Made by a program: the position numbers and the translations under genes
The notes under the pieces: generated by a model
The model's database searches: none
Seen by the model: the letters and a program-made list of their open reading frames with translations, nothing else
What the model was told of the DNA's origin: nothing
Shown here: positions 39,760-54,139 of the stretch, piece by piece
How the letters are laid out: every line of letters begins with the position of its first letter
Numbering within the stretch: position 1 is the first letter of the stretch
Origin: Callorhinchus milii
Taxonomy: Eukaryota
Assembly: GCF_018977255.1 (NCBI RefSeq)
Contig: NW_024704743.1
Location: forward strand, 105,712,001-105,776,000
Direction of reading: 5' to 3'
DNA length: 64,000 nucleotides

Positions 39760-40350
39760 GATTACCGCTAACATCACACCCCAACGCAGCCAAAACCCTC
39801 ATCCACAGCTTCGTTACCTCCCACCTTGATTATTCCAACACCCGCCTCACTGGTCCCCCAGCTCCACTACACACAAAGTACAACTGATTCAGAATTCTGC
39901 TGCCCTTATTCTCACCCACATTAAACTCCATACTCCCATCACATCAGTCCTCATCAGGCTCCACTGGCTCCCTAGCACAATACGGATCGATTGCAAGATC
40001 CTCTCATTCGTCTACAAATCCCTTCACGACCTGGAACCTCCCTACCTTTCTGACCTGTTTTTTTCCCACTCCACCACCGTTGGATTTCACTGGGCTGGTT
40101 CTGGCCTCCTGCTTGTCCCTCGTCCTCTCTGCTCCACCATCAGCAGCCACGCTATGCCCCGAAACTTTGGAACACTCCCCACAATCCCTCCATTTTACCC
40201 TCTTCTTCCCTTTTAGACCTTCTTCTTGAACCGTGCTTAAGGTCACCTCCCCCGTACCCCCGGCTGGCGTCAGGCTCCACCACTGTTAAGTGCTCCGAAA
40301 CGCTGCCCCGTGTAAAGGGCACTATATAAATGCATGTAGTTGCTGCTGTT
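39760..40350 (+). mobile_element. L2-clade LINE 3' fragment; another on - at ~39300-39560
   Basis: LIHSFVTSHLDYSN and LHWLP motifs, tail gggcactatataaatgcatgtagttgctgctg. Confidence 0.85.
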
Positions 40351-41324
40351 TTCAGGGCCTTGGGAAGTCCTCCCGATGTGAAAGGTGCTCTATAAACTTA
40401 ATTTTATTGTTGTTGTTGTTCATGCTTCACAATACCCAGGAAGTGCTGATGACTGCTGTTGTTCACGCAGGAAGTGACGACTGGCCAAACTGGATGTTGG
40501 CTATGTTATCGAGCTGCTTTATAATGCGCGGCGTGAGGTTTTGGACCCAGAAACCTCATAAAGGGGTTGTCCTGTATAAATAATAAACTTGCATTGAAAT
40601 AGCAACTTTCATGTAAGATAAATGTCTCAAAGTGCTTTACAATATAAAATTGATTAAAATGAAAATGAATATTAACTTGTGGCAGCTAATCTGTGCTAGC
40701 AATGTTCCAAACAATGAAATCAGTAGCTAATTAATTTGAATAACTTGGGAATACAAGCAAAGTTAAACGGAAGACCCCATGTTTCCTTTAAATAGTAACA
40801 ATATTCAAGTGGTGTTGAATGCACCATTTCCCATTTAGGGACAGCACATTGCTACAATACCGTGTGAATGTGACGATTATATTCTCTGCACCTGCTCGTT
40901 ATTGCTATAGTCATACTGACCAATTGTACCAAATTTTACACAATTGTGCTTTTCAAAACGTATAGTGCCTGACGTTTTTAAAGTCTGGCTATAGCCTTAT
41001 AGACATGAGATACAGACTACTACCATTTGTTTCAAAAGATCCATTCTTTATCAAGTCTTAGGTCTAGCAGGTCATATTTATTACTAAAGAGTGCTATACA
41101 CATTCCATTCGACTTGCTATATATAATGGCATTAGCTCAAATTTAATAAACAATCTACTTTGGCTTTGGCTCAGAAGCAGGAACTAGTTTGGTAGATGGG
41201 AAAAGAATAAGAAAGCCAAGCAAACTACATCCCCAATGGGGAAAGATGTCAATTAGCAGAAGTACAAAATTAAGATTTGCACAAGCTTCAGAATTTTCAA
41301 GAAGACATCCCCGACTGGTACCAG

Positions 41325-42600
41325 ACCATAAGAACATAAGAATTTGTTAGGCAAAATAAGACTAAGATCCATTTAGTTCGCTTTCCACCATCCTGGCAGT
41401 CGCTTGACATGTTTTGTCCCTAACTATATACTGTATTCAGAGATACTATTTTCTAGCAGAAATTTATCTAATTTGTTCTTAAAACAAACAACATTTTCTG
41501 CTTCCACTGTCTACCCAGGGAACCTGTTCCATAAATCTACTCACTCACTGAAGTAGTGTTTCCGCAGATTTGTTCTGAATTTACCCCCCTTCAATCTCAG
41601 GCCGTTATAGAAAGTTATACCACAGTAGGAGGCCATTCAACCAATTGTATTAGTGTCAGTGCATGTTCCTCCAATGAAGCAATCTATCCTAATCCCAATT
41701 CCATGCTCTTTCTCTGCACCATTTAATACCTTCCTCCGTGTCTATATTTGATTACTTTTTACATGCTCCAATTGCTTCTGCTCCAAATCCACCCCTGGTA
41801 AATAATTCCATAATTCTACGGTAACCCTCTGGGAGAATTTTTCCCCCAACACTTCACTTTCACACTCAAAATTACAATCCTAAATTCACCCCTTGTACTC
41901 AAAACAATTGCCAGCCGCATTCCCTGTTACATTCGTCTCTCAAATCCTTTGATTATCTTAAACACCTTTGTCATGTCTTCCTTTAATCTTCTCTGCTTCA
42001 AACTTCTCCAGCCTTTTCCTATAGCTAAATCTTCTCAGCTCCAGCATCATCCTTGTGAATATAGCTGCATTCTCTAAAGCTTTGATATTTTTTCCCATAG
42101 TGCAGCTCCCAAAACGGCACACAATGGGATAAGATTTACAGCTTTCCTTATTTAAAACCGTCATACTACCAGTGACACTATCAGTGCATCCCTCCAGGTA
42201 AGAGACTGAAGGAGCTGAGCCCATTTACACTGGAAAAGAGGAGGTTGAGGTGGTATTGATAGAGGTCTATAAAATTATGAGGGGTTTTAAGAGTCAATAG
42301 GGAGAAGTCATTTCCACTGTTTGGTGAGTCAGTGACTAGAGCGGATTAATTTATGATAATTAACAAAAGAGCAAAGGGAGGAAATTAGCAGGATTTTTTT
42401 TCACAACAGTTGCTTGGATATCCTGCCAAGTATAGTGATAGAGGCAGAATCCATATGAAGAGAAACAAGTTAGATATCTAAAAAAGTAGTAATGGTATAA
42501 GGTGAAAAGGTAGACACGTGGACTAAATGGATTGCTCTTTCAGAGAACCAACAAAGAAGGCCAAGTGGCCTTCAGACCGGTGCTGTGAATTTCTATGCTT
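41325..42600. mobile_element. Cluster of CR1 3' fragments (- 41325-41600; - 41605-42135; + 42220-42600)
   Basis: (TTCTTATG)n tail and ORF2 C-terminal remnants. Confidence 0.7.
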
Positions 42601-43389
42601 TAAGTGGTTGCTTCCTTTCCAGATCCCAAAGACCTCAATTATTTGAATTTGAGTTGGGCGATATTGATTTATAAATTTGGGGTTATGCATTGAAGTTTTT
42701 TTTTGTTAGGTATTTCTTTCCCATCGTTGACCTACCAGGGAGAACTGGAAAGTTTTGCAAAATAAAAAATTGCCCACCTCAAATTTAAAAAAAATGAAAG
42801 ATACCAGAAAAGATGGACAGACTTTAAGCCGTTTTTTTATGATAATCCTTACATCTTTCAGAAACACACTTATGATGGTCCGAGGATATAAACATGCTTT
42901 TAGCAAGAGTCAGATAACCAATTAGTTTGCATTTGGATTTAACAAGTACTACATCTTAATATATAATGTGCAGCTTTGTGCTAGGACAAATTTAGATTTA
43001 GCACTTAAGAGTCCACTAGAAATTATTAATAAGATGTAAATGTGCAAAGATTATGCATCATAAAACCAATCCTACCTAAAGGCAAAGACCAAAAATAAAA
43101 ACATAGAGCCTCAAGACTTCAGAGGAGCAAATTGTATGAATGTGAGATAAGTCCTGGGAAGATTAAGTGGGTAGCAGATTGAGGATAGCTGCAAGGACAT
43201 ATATATATGTGATATTATATATATATCTATATATTGGTATTATATATATATATATGTATAAGCTAAGCGGTAAGCAGTATGCCAGCTTGAAATATTGGAA
43301 AAGGACAAATTTGTTAAACTTCTAGATCCAGTCAATCTAGCTGTGAAATTTATAACGCAGTAGATTTTAGTGAAGCACGGATTAGAACG

Positions 43390-43980
43390 AAAATGAAAGC
43401 ATTAATTACTGTCAAGTATAGTGAGTGCTTGTGTAGGCAAACACAGCAGCAGTTTGTGGGAGCAAACTCCCGCCAACAGCCATGAAGTGAATGAACATTT
43501 AATAATAATAATAATAATCCTTGCATTTGATATCACGTCATTGAGACGTCTCAAAGCACTTTACAGAATATAATGTAAAAGTGGATTGACTGGGTGTTTT
43601 ATGGGCAAAACGTGGCTGCTAATTGCTGGTGTCCCACAAACAGTCATGGATTGAATGACCATTTTTCTTTAATCTGGAGGACCAATTAATTTGGTTGTCC
43701 AGAACACTGGCAGAAACTCCCTTCTTGTTTTAAAGTGTCGAGGGATCTTTAAATTCCATCTGAGAACAGGCTAACATCAATGTGTTTTAACAACTCATTC
43801 AATACATGGCATCTCCAATAATGCTGAAGTATCAGCCTAGACCAGTGATTTATGACATAAATCAAGAAATATTCAAACAAGAAAAAAATATTTTGTTGGC
43901 TGACCATGAAGTTTGATCCTGACATGACCCCCCACAACACTCTGATCAGAGACAAGAGCCCTGACAACCAAGCCAAACTG
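43390..43980 (-). mobile_element. Deu-domain SINE with a nested truncated family-A copy (~43500-43680)
   Basis: Collinear family B segments on both sides. Confidence 0.7.
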
Positions 43981-45369
43981 AAACCTAAAAAAGATTCAGG
44001 TCCAAATCCTTTACTGTCCAGAGGCTTGGGACGTTCTCCCAACATGAAAGACGCTATACAAATGTAATTTTATATTGTACTTTGCCGTATTCATTAATTA
44101 CAATTGAAGGGAGCATTACAATGTTTGTAGGAATATCTAGTTTAGCAGCTCATTTCCCTCCCATTAAATGCTACCATTTCGGAACTCTCCTTGCAACAGG
44201 GACCAGTCTAATATGTTATGGTATGGAAACATGTGGGATTTCGAAAACAATTTGATTTATATGCAGGAAGTTAGCACTTAGGATGAGCTGAAAGTCAAAA
44301 TGGAGGTGTCTGAATCAGGAAAGTGCAGGGCCAGCTGAGCACACAGCAGTATCGAGCAGGTACTAATATGTCCCAGTTCAGCTACCTCCTGTTTTGCCTT
44401 CAGACTACACAGAGTACTGGCTTCTATGCAAATAAATGGATATGTTCCAGGGCACATGATCCACCACTGCTATTATACTGTACAATCCCAGAGCAGCTCA
44501 GTGCAAATAGAGACCCAGGATGGCAGGTCTCTGCTTGAGGGTTATTGTCTTGCTTAAGCAGAGATGAGTATTGCTCATTTTGTGGAGTACTTTGTTCTAA
44601 CAGCATTCTACCTAGACTTTAAGCATGCCTCGTTATAATGTGTTTGCTTATAACATGCTGTGGACTCTAATATTTTCATTTTGTGCTGTGGGGTTTGATA
44701 TTTTGTTACCTGGAAATCAAAATCCCATCATTGCATTTCAAATCCAAGTAATAGCAACGCAAGAGCAGCTAGCTGGCTTTCTGTGCGATGAAGACACCAA
44801 CCACGCAATTGGTGACGTCGTGACCTGGTAGCACTGTTTGTGCCGGCATTTTGTGGACCTCAACTACCACGTTATAATGGGGTTATCTTGTATTGGGTAT
44901 TTTAACCATAACAAGGACCCAAAAATCCTCATGGAAATGAATGAGAAAATACAGGACCTGTACTTGAGGACTGAAGGACAGCAAATACTCTTCTACTATT
45001 CAAAAACAGCAAGAAATTAGTGGACATGTATATATTGCAATGTAAGTCAGATTGTTAGCATTTAGAGATCTAGACCAACAAAGTAGTCTGGCTAAGGATG
45101 CATAAAACCAGCTAGTCTAGTGTCCGAAATGGAGAAAAATGTACAACAGCATCTTATACGATGCTCTCAACGTTTACCTAACGAGCATAGAGATAAAAAT
45201 GCGTAGTAAGCACTCCTCACAAATTTACTGGAATTTTCTTGGTCTGCAAGGCAATTAAATTAGGCAATTAAATTAGCAGACAAGGGATATACAAGTTTTT
45301 TGTATATTTTTTTTCTTATTTTCAGAAGTATTTAATAAAGGCCTTTATACATTGCTTGAGGAACAGCTG

Positions 45370-46580
45370 ATAACACTCCAAACTTTGATGGGGATGGTAA
45401 TCGGGTTGGAGTTCCACCTGGGTTAGGTATATTTGCATGTTTTGGAGGAGGGTACTTTGTCCATTATAAAATTTATGGATGACAGTAAACTATGTCGACA
45501 CTATTGCAATATAAGGGAGATTGTTAACATTTAGAGAAATCTAGACCAACAAAGCAGTCTAAATAAGGAGGGTTTTTAAATGGAAATGATGCAGACCAAG
45601 TATAAATGGAATGCATATTGTAAGAGTGAACATGTGTCACAATGAATCAGTGCCTACAAGTATCTGAATGACTGAAAGTATAACAGTCAATGTGATGTTG
45701 TTGTCAACAAGGTTTATCAAATAGTAAGATGTGCTGTGAAGGCATTTGATTCATAAATCAAGCCAGTTATTTTAAGACTGAATAATACATTGCTAAGGGT
45801 TATACCTTAGGCATTGTGTGCATGTTTTGTATTCTTAATTTTCAAAGAAAAAGATTCAGAGAATAATATTTTGGGAATTTACAGTTCCAAATTATGAAAG
45901 TTAAAAAAAACCTGAGTTTATTTCCGTTGTAGGAGCACTGAGAAGCGGCACGAACAAAAGTCTCCAACATAAAGAGAAGCATGGATAGTTACTTAACAGG
46001 AGCATAGAATTCAAAGACAATTTTGTACACAAGTACAAAATTAACAAGCTTCAAGAAATAATAATCCTTGCATTTGATATAGCACCTTATCACGTCTTCA
46101 AGACGTCGCAAAGCGCTTTACAGAATATACTATAAATTGAATTGACTGAATTTTTTTGTTGGCGAAACACGGCAGCCAAGTGCCCACAGCAGTGACCCAC
46201 AAACAGTTGTGGATTGAGTGACCAACTTATTATTTATATATATTTTTGAAGGAATTATTACCCCCAGAAAAGCGATCCACCAATCAACTAACAACCGGGT
46301 TCCTACTTATTGCTAGGTAAACAAGAGGCATGTGGAGTAAGGAAACTTGCCCAACGTTTGGCCCTGCCAGGAATCTATCCCAGGTCTCTTGCTTACAAGG
46401 TGAGTGCTCTAACCACTGAGCTACAGGATTCAATAGAGGCTAAAGTTTAGTTACGTTTTCTTCCCAGAATTCAAGGTATATGAAATAAGACTTCCAGCAA
46501 AGTACACTAGTTAATGCTCTGCTGATTAACCAGTTTAAATAATAGCTGGATTAATATCTGGTTAAGAATCGACTTGAAAG
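45370..46580 (+). mobile_element. Very old CR1-like RT remnant interrupted by a SINE
   Basis: aaatttatggatgacagtaaacta reads KF.DD.KL, followed by degenerate ORF2-like sequence. Confidence 0.5.
46058..46432 (-). mobile_element. SINE family A, full length
   Basis: Head, body and tail match. Confidence 0.9.
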
Positions 46581-47599
46581 CTCGAATGATAAACATAGAT
46601 CTAGACAGATAATCAAATATTGTGAAGAAAACTATGCTGGGACTGTGGAAAGCAACTAGTCAAGGCTGAATAAATAGAATTGCCGAAGACTGATACTCCT
46701 GTGCTTCACTAAACTATCTCAGGAAGTCATTGCAAGGGGAGAAATTTCAAGGAGCTTTACCTTCTTGAAAGTGTTTACCTGTGGTTTAGCCACCTCTTCA
46801 GGGGATTTAATAAGTTGGGTAGAGTCCACGATAGGGCAAATAGTACATGGTCTGTGAGGAACGGGCTTGATGGGCCAGGTGCCCTTTTCGCGTTCCATAT
46901 TCAGTATGTTTTCTGTGGGTTTTTAAAAAAGAGCAAAATCATTGATGCATGGGATTTTGTTTTTTTTTGAAAAATTCACATTCTTGCAACTAGTTCCCTT
47001 AATCTCAACCTTATTTTCCATTTACAATAAGGTTAATGGTTCTGAATGGATTTTCTAGCATCAACCATTCAAATGAATCCTAGCCTCAAATTCTGGTCCA
47101 CAAACCAAAATGTCAAGTGTTCACATTTTTGAATTATCCACTGATGTTCAATCAGATCTTCAAGTCAAGATTTTTTTAAAGAAAATGACAGAAAACTCAA
47201 CTGCAGGTAATTCAAAAATAGTTAATTAAAAACAGAATATTGCAACAGGCATAACTCCATATCCACCCCAGATACAGTTTGCCTACAAACTAAGGTCACT
47301 ACACTCTCCAGTATACCTTGTGAAGCACTTTGAGACATTTTCCAATTGGAATAATTATAATTATTTTGTTCTCCAGATGCGAAATGCATTATATCAATTG
47401 AAAGATTTTTTTAAAAGCGTCTCATATGCCCTTTAAGGATCACATTTACTTTGTAGATTTCCTGACAGGCTTTCTATTACATTAGAAATCTAGAATTAAT
47501 TTTGAACACAATTATTCTACAACTCTTTCAGAAGTACAGAATCCTAGAATATTAAACAAATCCTATATTTTTTAAAGAAGTAATCCTTCCCTATCAGTT

Positions 47600-47965
47600 T
47601 CTCCTTCTGCCTCTGCACTCTCACGTGCATTGTTCCTCAGGACTCTATCCTCCTTTTCCTCATCTCGCCCTTGGTGATATCATCGACTGGGATGAGGATT
47701 ACTTTCAAGGCACACAGGTAACACCTAACTATCTTTCTGACTCTACCCCGTCTCCAGAACTACTGTCGTTCTGACAATGACTGCCTGTTCGTCTTCAAGC
47801 TTTGGATGAGCCTGAACTTTCTCTAAACTCAACGGTGACAAAACTGAGGCTTATCCTGTTCAGCTCCCGCCATCGCCTCTTCACTTCAGTCAGAACCCTT
47901 TAAACTCCTTCAAAACTTTCATCCAATCACTGACAAAATCAGCTTTCCTCCTTCTCCGCAACAGC
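47600..47965 (+). mobile_element. Degenerate L2 RT fragment
   Basis: VPQDSIL and LNGDKTEA-like remnants. Confidence 0.65.
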
Positions 47966-48028
47966 CCATTGTTTAAAAATCAATAAATGAGAAATGTTAT
48001 AATATATATTATATATATATCATATATA

Positions 48029-48137
48029 CAAGATTGACCAAAAAGTCATGGTACCATTACAATGTCTAATAAGTCTTAAAGAAATTATGATTTTTTTTAG
48101 ATAATAGGGTAGTTATCACGATTTTTTGGTCACCCTG
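48029..48137. mobile_element. Tc1/mariner-like MITE remnant
   Basis: Imperfect ~26-bp TIRs (consensus about CAGGGTGACCAAAAAATCGTGATAAC) embedded in TA/TG repeats. Confidence 0.6.
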
Positions 48138-48954
48138 TGTGTGTGTATATATATATATATACATATTTTATTTATATATATGTATATATTTCTTGATCAA
48201 GTCTTTTCCTGTCAGAAAATCTACAAAGTAAATCTACAAACGCATAGGAAGCTTTAAAAAAATCCTTCAACTGATATAATGCCTTTGTATTAGAAGTATT
48301 ATCCTGTGTCCAGTGCTTTGAGATGATATTCTGCTACATAAATGCAAGTGATTTTTCTTGTCATTATTCTTGTTATAATGCTAAAATGTTTACAAGTCTG
48401 GAGTCTAGCTAGCACTGAACCTACTACTCTAAAACTCCCAGCTTTTCATTAATTAAATATTAAACAAGAACTGGGGTGACTACTTGCTTTTATTTCATAA
48501 AGCAAGTGCTGACCTGCAGTCAAGACACACAAACTGCACCATACATCTTATTCCCATATCTCATTAACTCTGCTTATGTCCTTCAAGCTCCATACATTCT
48601 CTACCTAAAAATCCCCAACTACGTAACTCTATTCAGCCCGATCAGATCTGTGTCCTTCTATGACTCATCTTCTCTAGTTTGCGGTCAGGAATTACCGTGA
48701 TTTTTTCACTTGTTAGAAAAAATGGACACATGGCTATGCCAACCTCTACACTTCAACCAAATAAACTATTATCCACAGTGGTATCATACTGTTAACGTAA
48801 ATCTTTCAGTCACATTATGCAGGCTAGGATAATTCCAGTTCATAACAATGATCCTATTCTTTAAACGATTGTAGGAAGAGAGAGGAGAAAAGAAAGGGAA
48901 AGGAACTAAATTCTAGCATAAGCAACTGCGATAAATAATAATAATCCTTGCAGT

Positions 48955-49925
48955 TGTGATGTCATCCGCAGACACGGGGTAAACTTCCAGATGTATGCGG
49001 ATGACACACAAATCTACTTTGTCTCCTCCAGTACCAACTCCAGATCCGGCAATGTTCTATCAGCATATCTGGCAGATATCAAGGTCTGAATGAGTGTAAA
49101 CTTCTTGCAACTGAATATGGACAAGACGGAAGCCATACTCCTTGGCTCTCATCAACGTCTTCATCCTGCAAATCCAAACTCCTCAACCTTCCTGGGCTCT
49201 CCCTCAGACTCACCGAACCAGTGCGCAATCTAGGCGTCCAGTTCAACCCTCAGCTGTCCTTCCTCCCCCACATCTGGTCCCTAACCAGGACCACCTTCTT
49301 CCACCTCCGACACATTGCTCGCCTCTGACCGTACCTTACCCTAAATGCAGCCGAAAACCTTGTGCATGAGTTTGTCACCTCCCGGTTGGATTACTCCAAC
49401 ACTATCCTCGTCGGTCTCCCCAGCTTCGCCATTCAAAAGATTCAGCTCATTCAAAACTCTTTTCGCCCGCATGCTGACCAGGATCAAGCTCTGAACCCAC
49501 ATCTCACCGGTTCTGGCCAAGCTCCACGGGCTCCCCATCACCGAACGGATTGACTTCAAGATTCTCACACTCATGTTCAAATCCATTCACTCCCTGGCAC
49601 CTCCCTACTTCTCTGACCTCCACACTCCCCAATCTACCACCTGGCACCTCCCTTCGACTGGGACCAGCCTCCTGCTCGTTCCTCGCACCTTCCACCCCAA
49701 CATCGGAGACCACTATGCCCCAAAATCTGGAACACTCTACCTCAATCCCTCCGCCTTGCCTTCTCTCTCCCCTTTTTTAAGTCCCGCCTGAAAACTTTCC
49801 TCTTCGACCGTGCTTACGACCACCTCCAAACCCCTACCTCCCCAGCTCGGAGTCAGGCTCCATGACTGTTAAGTGCTCTAAGGCACTACCCTGAGTGGAG
49901 TGCACTATATAATTACAAGTTATTG
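48955..49925 (+). mobile_element. L2-clade LINE 3' fragment
   Basis: MYADDTQIY, LNMDKTEAILLG and FVTSRLDYSN motifs, L2 tail. Confidence 0.92.
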
Positions 49926-51976
49926 TTGCATACAGCGCTTTATCATGTCTTCGAGATGCCTGGGAATGAAGGACAAATTGAAGCGGGGGACTTGTTTTGG
50001 TCAGCTGGGAGTCTGGTAACCAGTAGCAAACTGAGAGTTCCACTTTTATATATGTGTAACTTATGCATGGAAATTTCACTGGATTTGAAATGGAATAAGC
50101 ATTCTTTCCCTGAAGTACGCACATTGCTCACTTAATTCCAGATAGCACTTGGTGCAGATTCGTAAGAGTCAAAGCTAAAACTTCATAGTTCATCACTGAA
50201 AGCACTAATCTGGCAAACTCCCTGCTGCCTATCCAGCTAGGACCACCAAGAACTTGGCTTTCAGGGTTATGAGCTGAGTAAGAAGCCTTGATCCCAGTGG
50301 CATAAGCAAAGAATGCAAAAGCAAAAGCAGAGTTATAGGTAGAAATGGTAAATTTTATGCAGCAAAATTTTAATTCTGATGGTATTTTCCATTTTCTATC
50401 TTATTGGCTTGATGCCCATTCCATATTTTTGTCCAACTGGACTTTTAACATGAAAATTCTTCCTCTCTAAAATTTTGAACAAAGACATATGTTTCGAAGC
50501 ACTGAAATATTGCTTGTGGTGCTTATATAAAGAATCCACCAAAATACAAGAAAGAACAACATTTTGTCCCTTGGTCACTAGATTTTTCTTCCAAAATAGT
50601 TAACAAGTACACTTCAAAGAGTTGAATTAAAATTTTAGGGGAACCATAATCCACCTCCAGGGAATTAACATAAATGAGACACTAGGCAAATATATACAAA
50701 TTATGACCAATCACATTAGTAATGCCTGAAAAAACACAACAGAAGAACCAATTGTGCATGCAGGTGATCATTACACAATACCTTTCTATTTTTACATGGA
50801 AGGACACCCGTATAGAACTGTAAGAAAATTGCTCTCTCCCTCCTACTTTGTTACATAAAGTTGTACACAATCCAAAATGCACTTTAATTATCATAATCTG
50901 TATTTTCACTTCTTTCTAAATCAATGTGCCTCTGAGTTGTACTTTTTTTTAAACCTTTTTGAAGGATTGCAATAATCGTTATCACTCTTGTACATTCTCA
51001 AGTTCCAAGTTCAGAGGTGTGCCTGTATTTAAGTAGTTCACTTAAGTCACTTCTTTGAAGTCTCAATTACAGTATTTTGAAAAAGCATGCAGTGTGGCTT
51101 TCAGGTTAAATGTCTTTCAGCCCATTTATTTTTAAGGTATTTTGAGATATACACACTCTGTTGTCACTTCAACCTAATGTGTAACAAAGAAGCTTTCACG
51201 ACTATGTGGTAGCGTTTCACTTCAACACTACATACTGCATAACCACCGATAACCTTGCTTATGCAGGCAGATCACACCCAGCTCAACTACAGAAGAGGTC
51301 TAAGAAGCAGACATACAGTATTACATAACAAGAATGGTTAAGGAATGAATTAGAGATGTATGCAGTTTACCGGTTATTTAAGGTGAGTTCTATACTTGAT
51401 AATACCATCCACGTACATAACTCAGAAGCTCTGTGTATTTGCCCATGATCATTCTTTATGTTTGTGACATGAAACTAGCCACCTGAACAACAACTGGGAT
51501 TTATAAAGCGCCCTTCACATGGGGTAGTGTCCCGGAGCACTTGACAGTGGTGGAGCTAGGGGGAGAGGGAGGGAGAGGTGGGGGGGGGGAGATGACCATA
51601 AGCATGATCAAAAAGGAAGGTTTTTAGACGGGGACACTTGATACACTGAACATGACAAACATTTGCACTTCAGAGATACAACATGGTAACCACTGTTTCA
51701 ACTCAACCATACCCCACCTTTGGTAAAAGATATGCCGGATGAGTTTGGATCACTTTAGATTTCTGCATCATATGTTTAATGTGCAACACATTTCCAAATT
51801 CCAATAGCAGTTACTACTTTGTTTGAGGAAAGACAGGGAATTCATGTTTTCGACTCAACCATTCCAACAAGATATTGGAGTGCAATCTGTACTATATTGA
51901 AGACGTATAAATTAACATCCTCACTACGAATAAACCATTGGTAGCGCATTAGCAGGACTTCAGTTTACTCTCTTAC

Positions 51977-52082
51977 CTAAGAGCTTCTTCCAGGATTTAA
52001 TGAGGGACTTTGCTAAAGATATGACGTCCTCTTCTTTACTTTGCTTCCTGATGGCATTTACAGACATTCCAATTCGGGTAGA
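51977..52082 (-). CDS. TCEA1: TFIIS exon 3 ([35 protein letters not shown])
   Basis: 106 nt, AG/GT flanks, TFIIS N-terminal (LW) domain motif. Confidence 0.95.
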
Positions 52083-53566
52083 CTACAAAACAAATTAAAA
52101 TGCATTACCTCAGACTTGTTAAGCAACCAGTTACAAATATTAATAAAGACAGCTTCATTGCTGACCTTGTGGATAAAGGCAAAGTCCAGTTTAGTATGAA
52201 AGAAATGAGAAAATGAGTGGATTGCAACTTAAAAAGTGCAACAAGATCTGAACTAGAATTGAATATTGATGGAACACTCAAGAGAGAAATTCGGTTTCTA
52301 AAAAAAGGATAATAACGGTTACATAACTAATATATAAGCCATAGACTACCATGTTATTCAGGTGGTGGAAAGCAATCAATTTTTAACTAACCGTGGTCGC
52401 CAGTCCACTTTAAGACTGATTCGGTGTAGATTCAGTTCTTCACTGCCATGTTAGCCAACATGGAGCTCATTTTCATTAAATCCATTAAATAATACAATAT
52501 TACATTTATATAGACTTTCATGTTGGGACACTGGTCTTTGATATGCTCCAAAACAAAAACAGAAGTAGGGCCAAGTAGGCCTCATTAACCTAGGTCCCAA
52601 TCTGTTCCCATTTATGCATCTCCCAGAGCGAACTCAAAGATTAGAGACTCAAATTTCCACCTGGCTTTAGTCTTTAAAAAAACTAAAAGGGAATCCTGTT
52701 CCTCTGCCAGGCTCATCCTCTCCCAGATGACCATAAAATATTGAAGGAGGACCCATTGAAAAAGTTTTTTTNCTGGAAAAAAACACTGTCCAAATTTTAC
52801 TAATTATATTTACCTATGTTAATATACATTCTTAAATAAAATTACATCATGGTAAACCATAAAATGTAAGGGGAGGATCTGATGTGAGAGTTGTTTATAA
52901 TCTTTGATTGAACCAGAAAGCGAGACCCCCAAATACTCCAGTGTGATTAGACCATTGGATGTAAACACTGTGATGTGGATCCTTCCTCTACCAATCTCTG
53001 AAATTACATACCAGTTTCTGTAGAATTAATATCCTGCCACCTTCTGTTTAGTTTTAGAATTGAACTCATTGTGATTTTAAAGAATTCACTGTGACTGAAA
53101 AAGGTTCCCCTGGGAAGCAGAAACATTACTGACATCTCGTGGCATAAACTGCAGGGAATCCAATGTACATTACTCAGATCTTGAATCGGTATCATGCAGC
53201 AGAGCGAGAGGTCCACACTGGACTTAGCTTATGCGAGGCAAATTTTATGATGGTGAGGCACCATTAACCCCATCAATTTCCAGAGGTGCATTCATTCCAT
53301 TATCTGAGGAATTTGTTTGCAATTCACCACAAAGTTCAACTACACTGGCCTGTTTGTTTATTAAAGCGATGCTCCCCATTTAAACACTACCAAAAAAAAA
53401 ACTGGTGAACAAACATCCATTCTACTTGAGTTAAAACCCGCTGTTATTTGAATGTGAAGTAAATTGCCTTAAGAACATAAGCGCCTTTCACACAGAAAGA
53501 ATGAACATCTAAAATTGCTTAAGTATGTTGGGGTGGGGGGGAGAAAGAAGAGGGAATTAAGGGTAA

Positions 53567-53893
53567 TAACAATAATAATCCTTGCATTGGATATAGCGCC
53601 TTTTGAATTTTGACTGTATATTTTGTGGGCGAAACATGGCAGCCAATTGCACACATCAGTGTCCCGCAAACAGTCGTGGATTTAGTGACCAATTTATTAT
53701 TTTTTCTTAAAGGAATTATTCCCCCCCGGAAAAGCAATCCGCCAATCAACTAACAACCGGGTTCCTACTTACTACTAGGTAAACAGAGGCGTGTAGAGTA
53801 AGCAAAGTTGCCCAACGTTTCGCCCTGCCAGGAATCGAATCCAGGTTTCTCTCTTGCGAGGCGAGTGCTTTAACCGCTGAACTACAGGTCTCC
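53567..53893 (-). mobile_element. SINE family A, near full length (deletion in tail)
   Basis: Well-preserved tRNA-like head. Confidence 0.88.
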
Positions 53894-54076
53894 GGATGAT
53901 GAAAGAAAGCACAAAGGTACTGATACACTGCTGGTGTTCAATGGCTTGAGTAAAACACCACTAGATGAATGTATAAACTGTAAACAAGTAATCAATAAAA
54001 ATGCAACATTTTAGCTCCAAAAACTGCTGACATGCTTTTCACAATTGTCCCAGTTTTTACACCATGGGGAACGTAC

Positions 54077-54139
54077 CTGCAATAATTCCAAACTCATAGG
54101 AATGTTCTTTAGCTCCCTCAGCAAGTCCAAGGCTCCAAT
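54077..54139 (-). CDS. TCEA1: TFIIS exon 2 (IGALDLLRELKNIPMSLELLQ)
   Basis: 63 nt, ttttacag acceptor, CAG|gtacg donor. Confidence 0.93.

Noticed and set aside
53815..53893. tRNA-like cloverleafs here and at ~2450, 5840, 24985, 28580, 33595, 46360
   Set aside because: SINE heads attached to SINE bodies. The anticodon varies among copies in a CpG-decay pattern.
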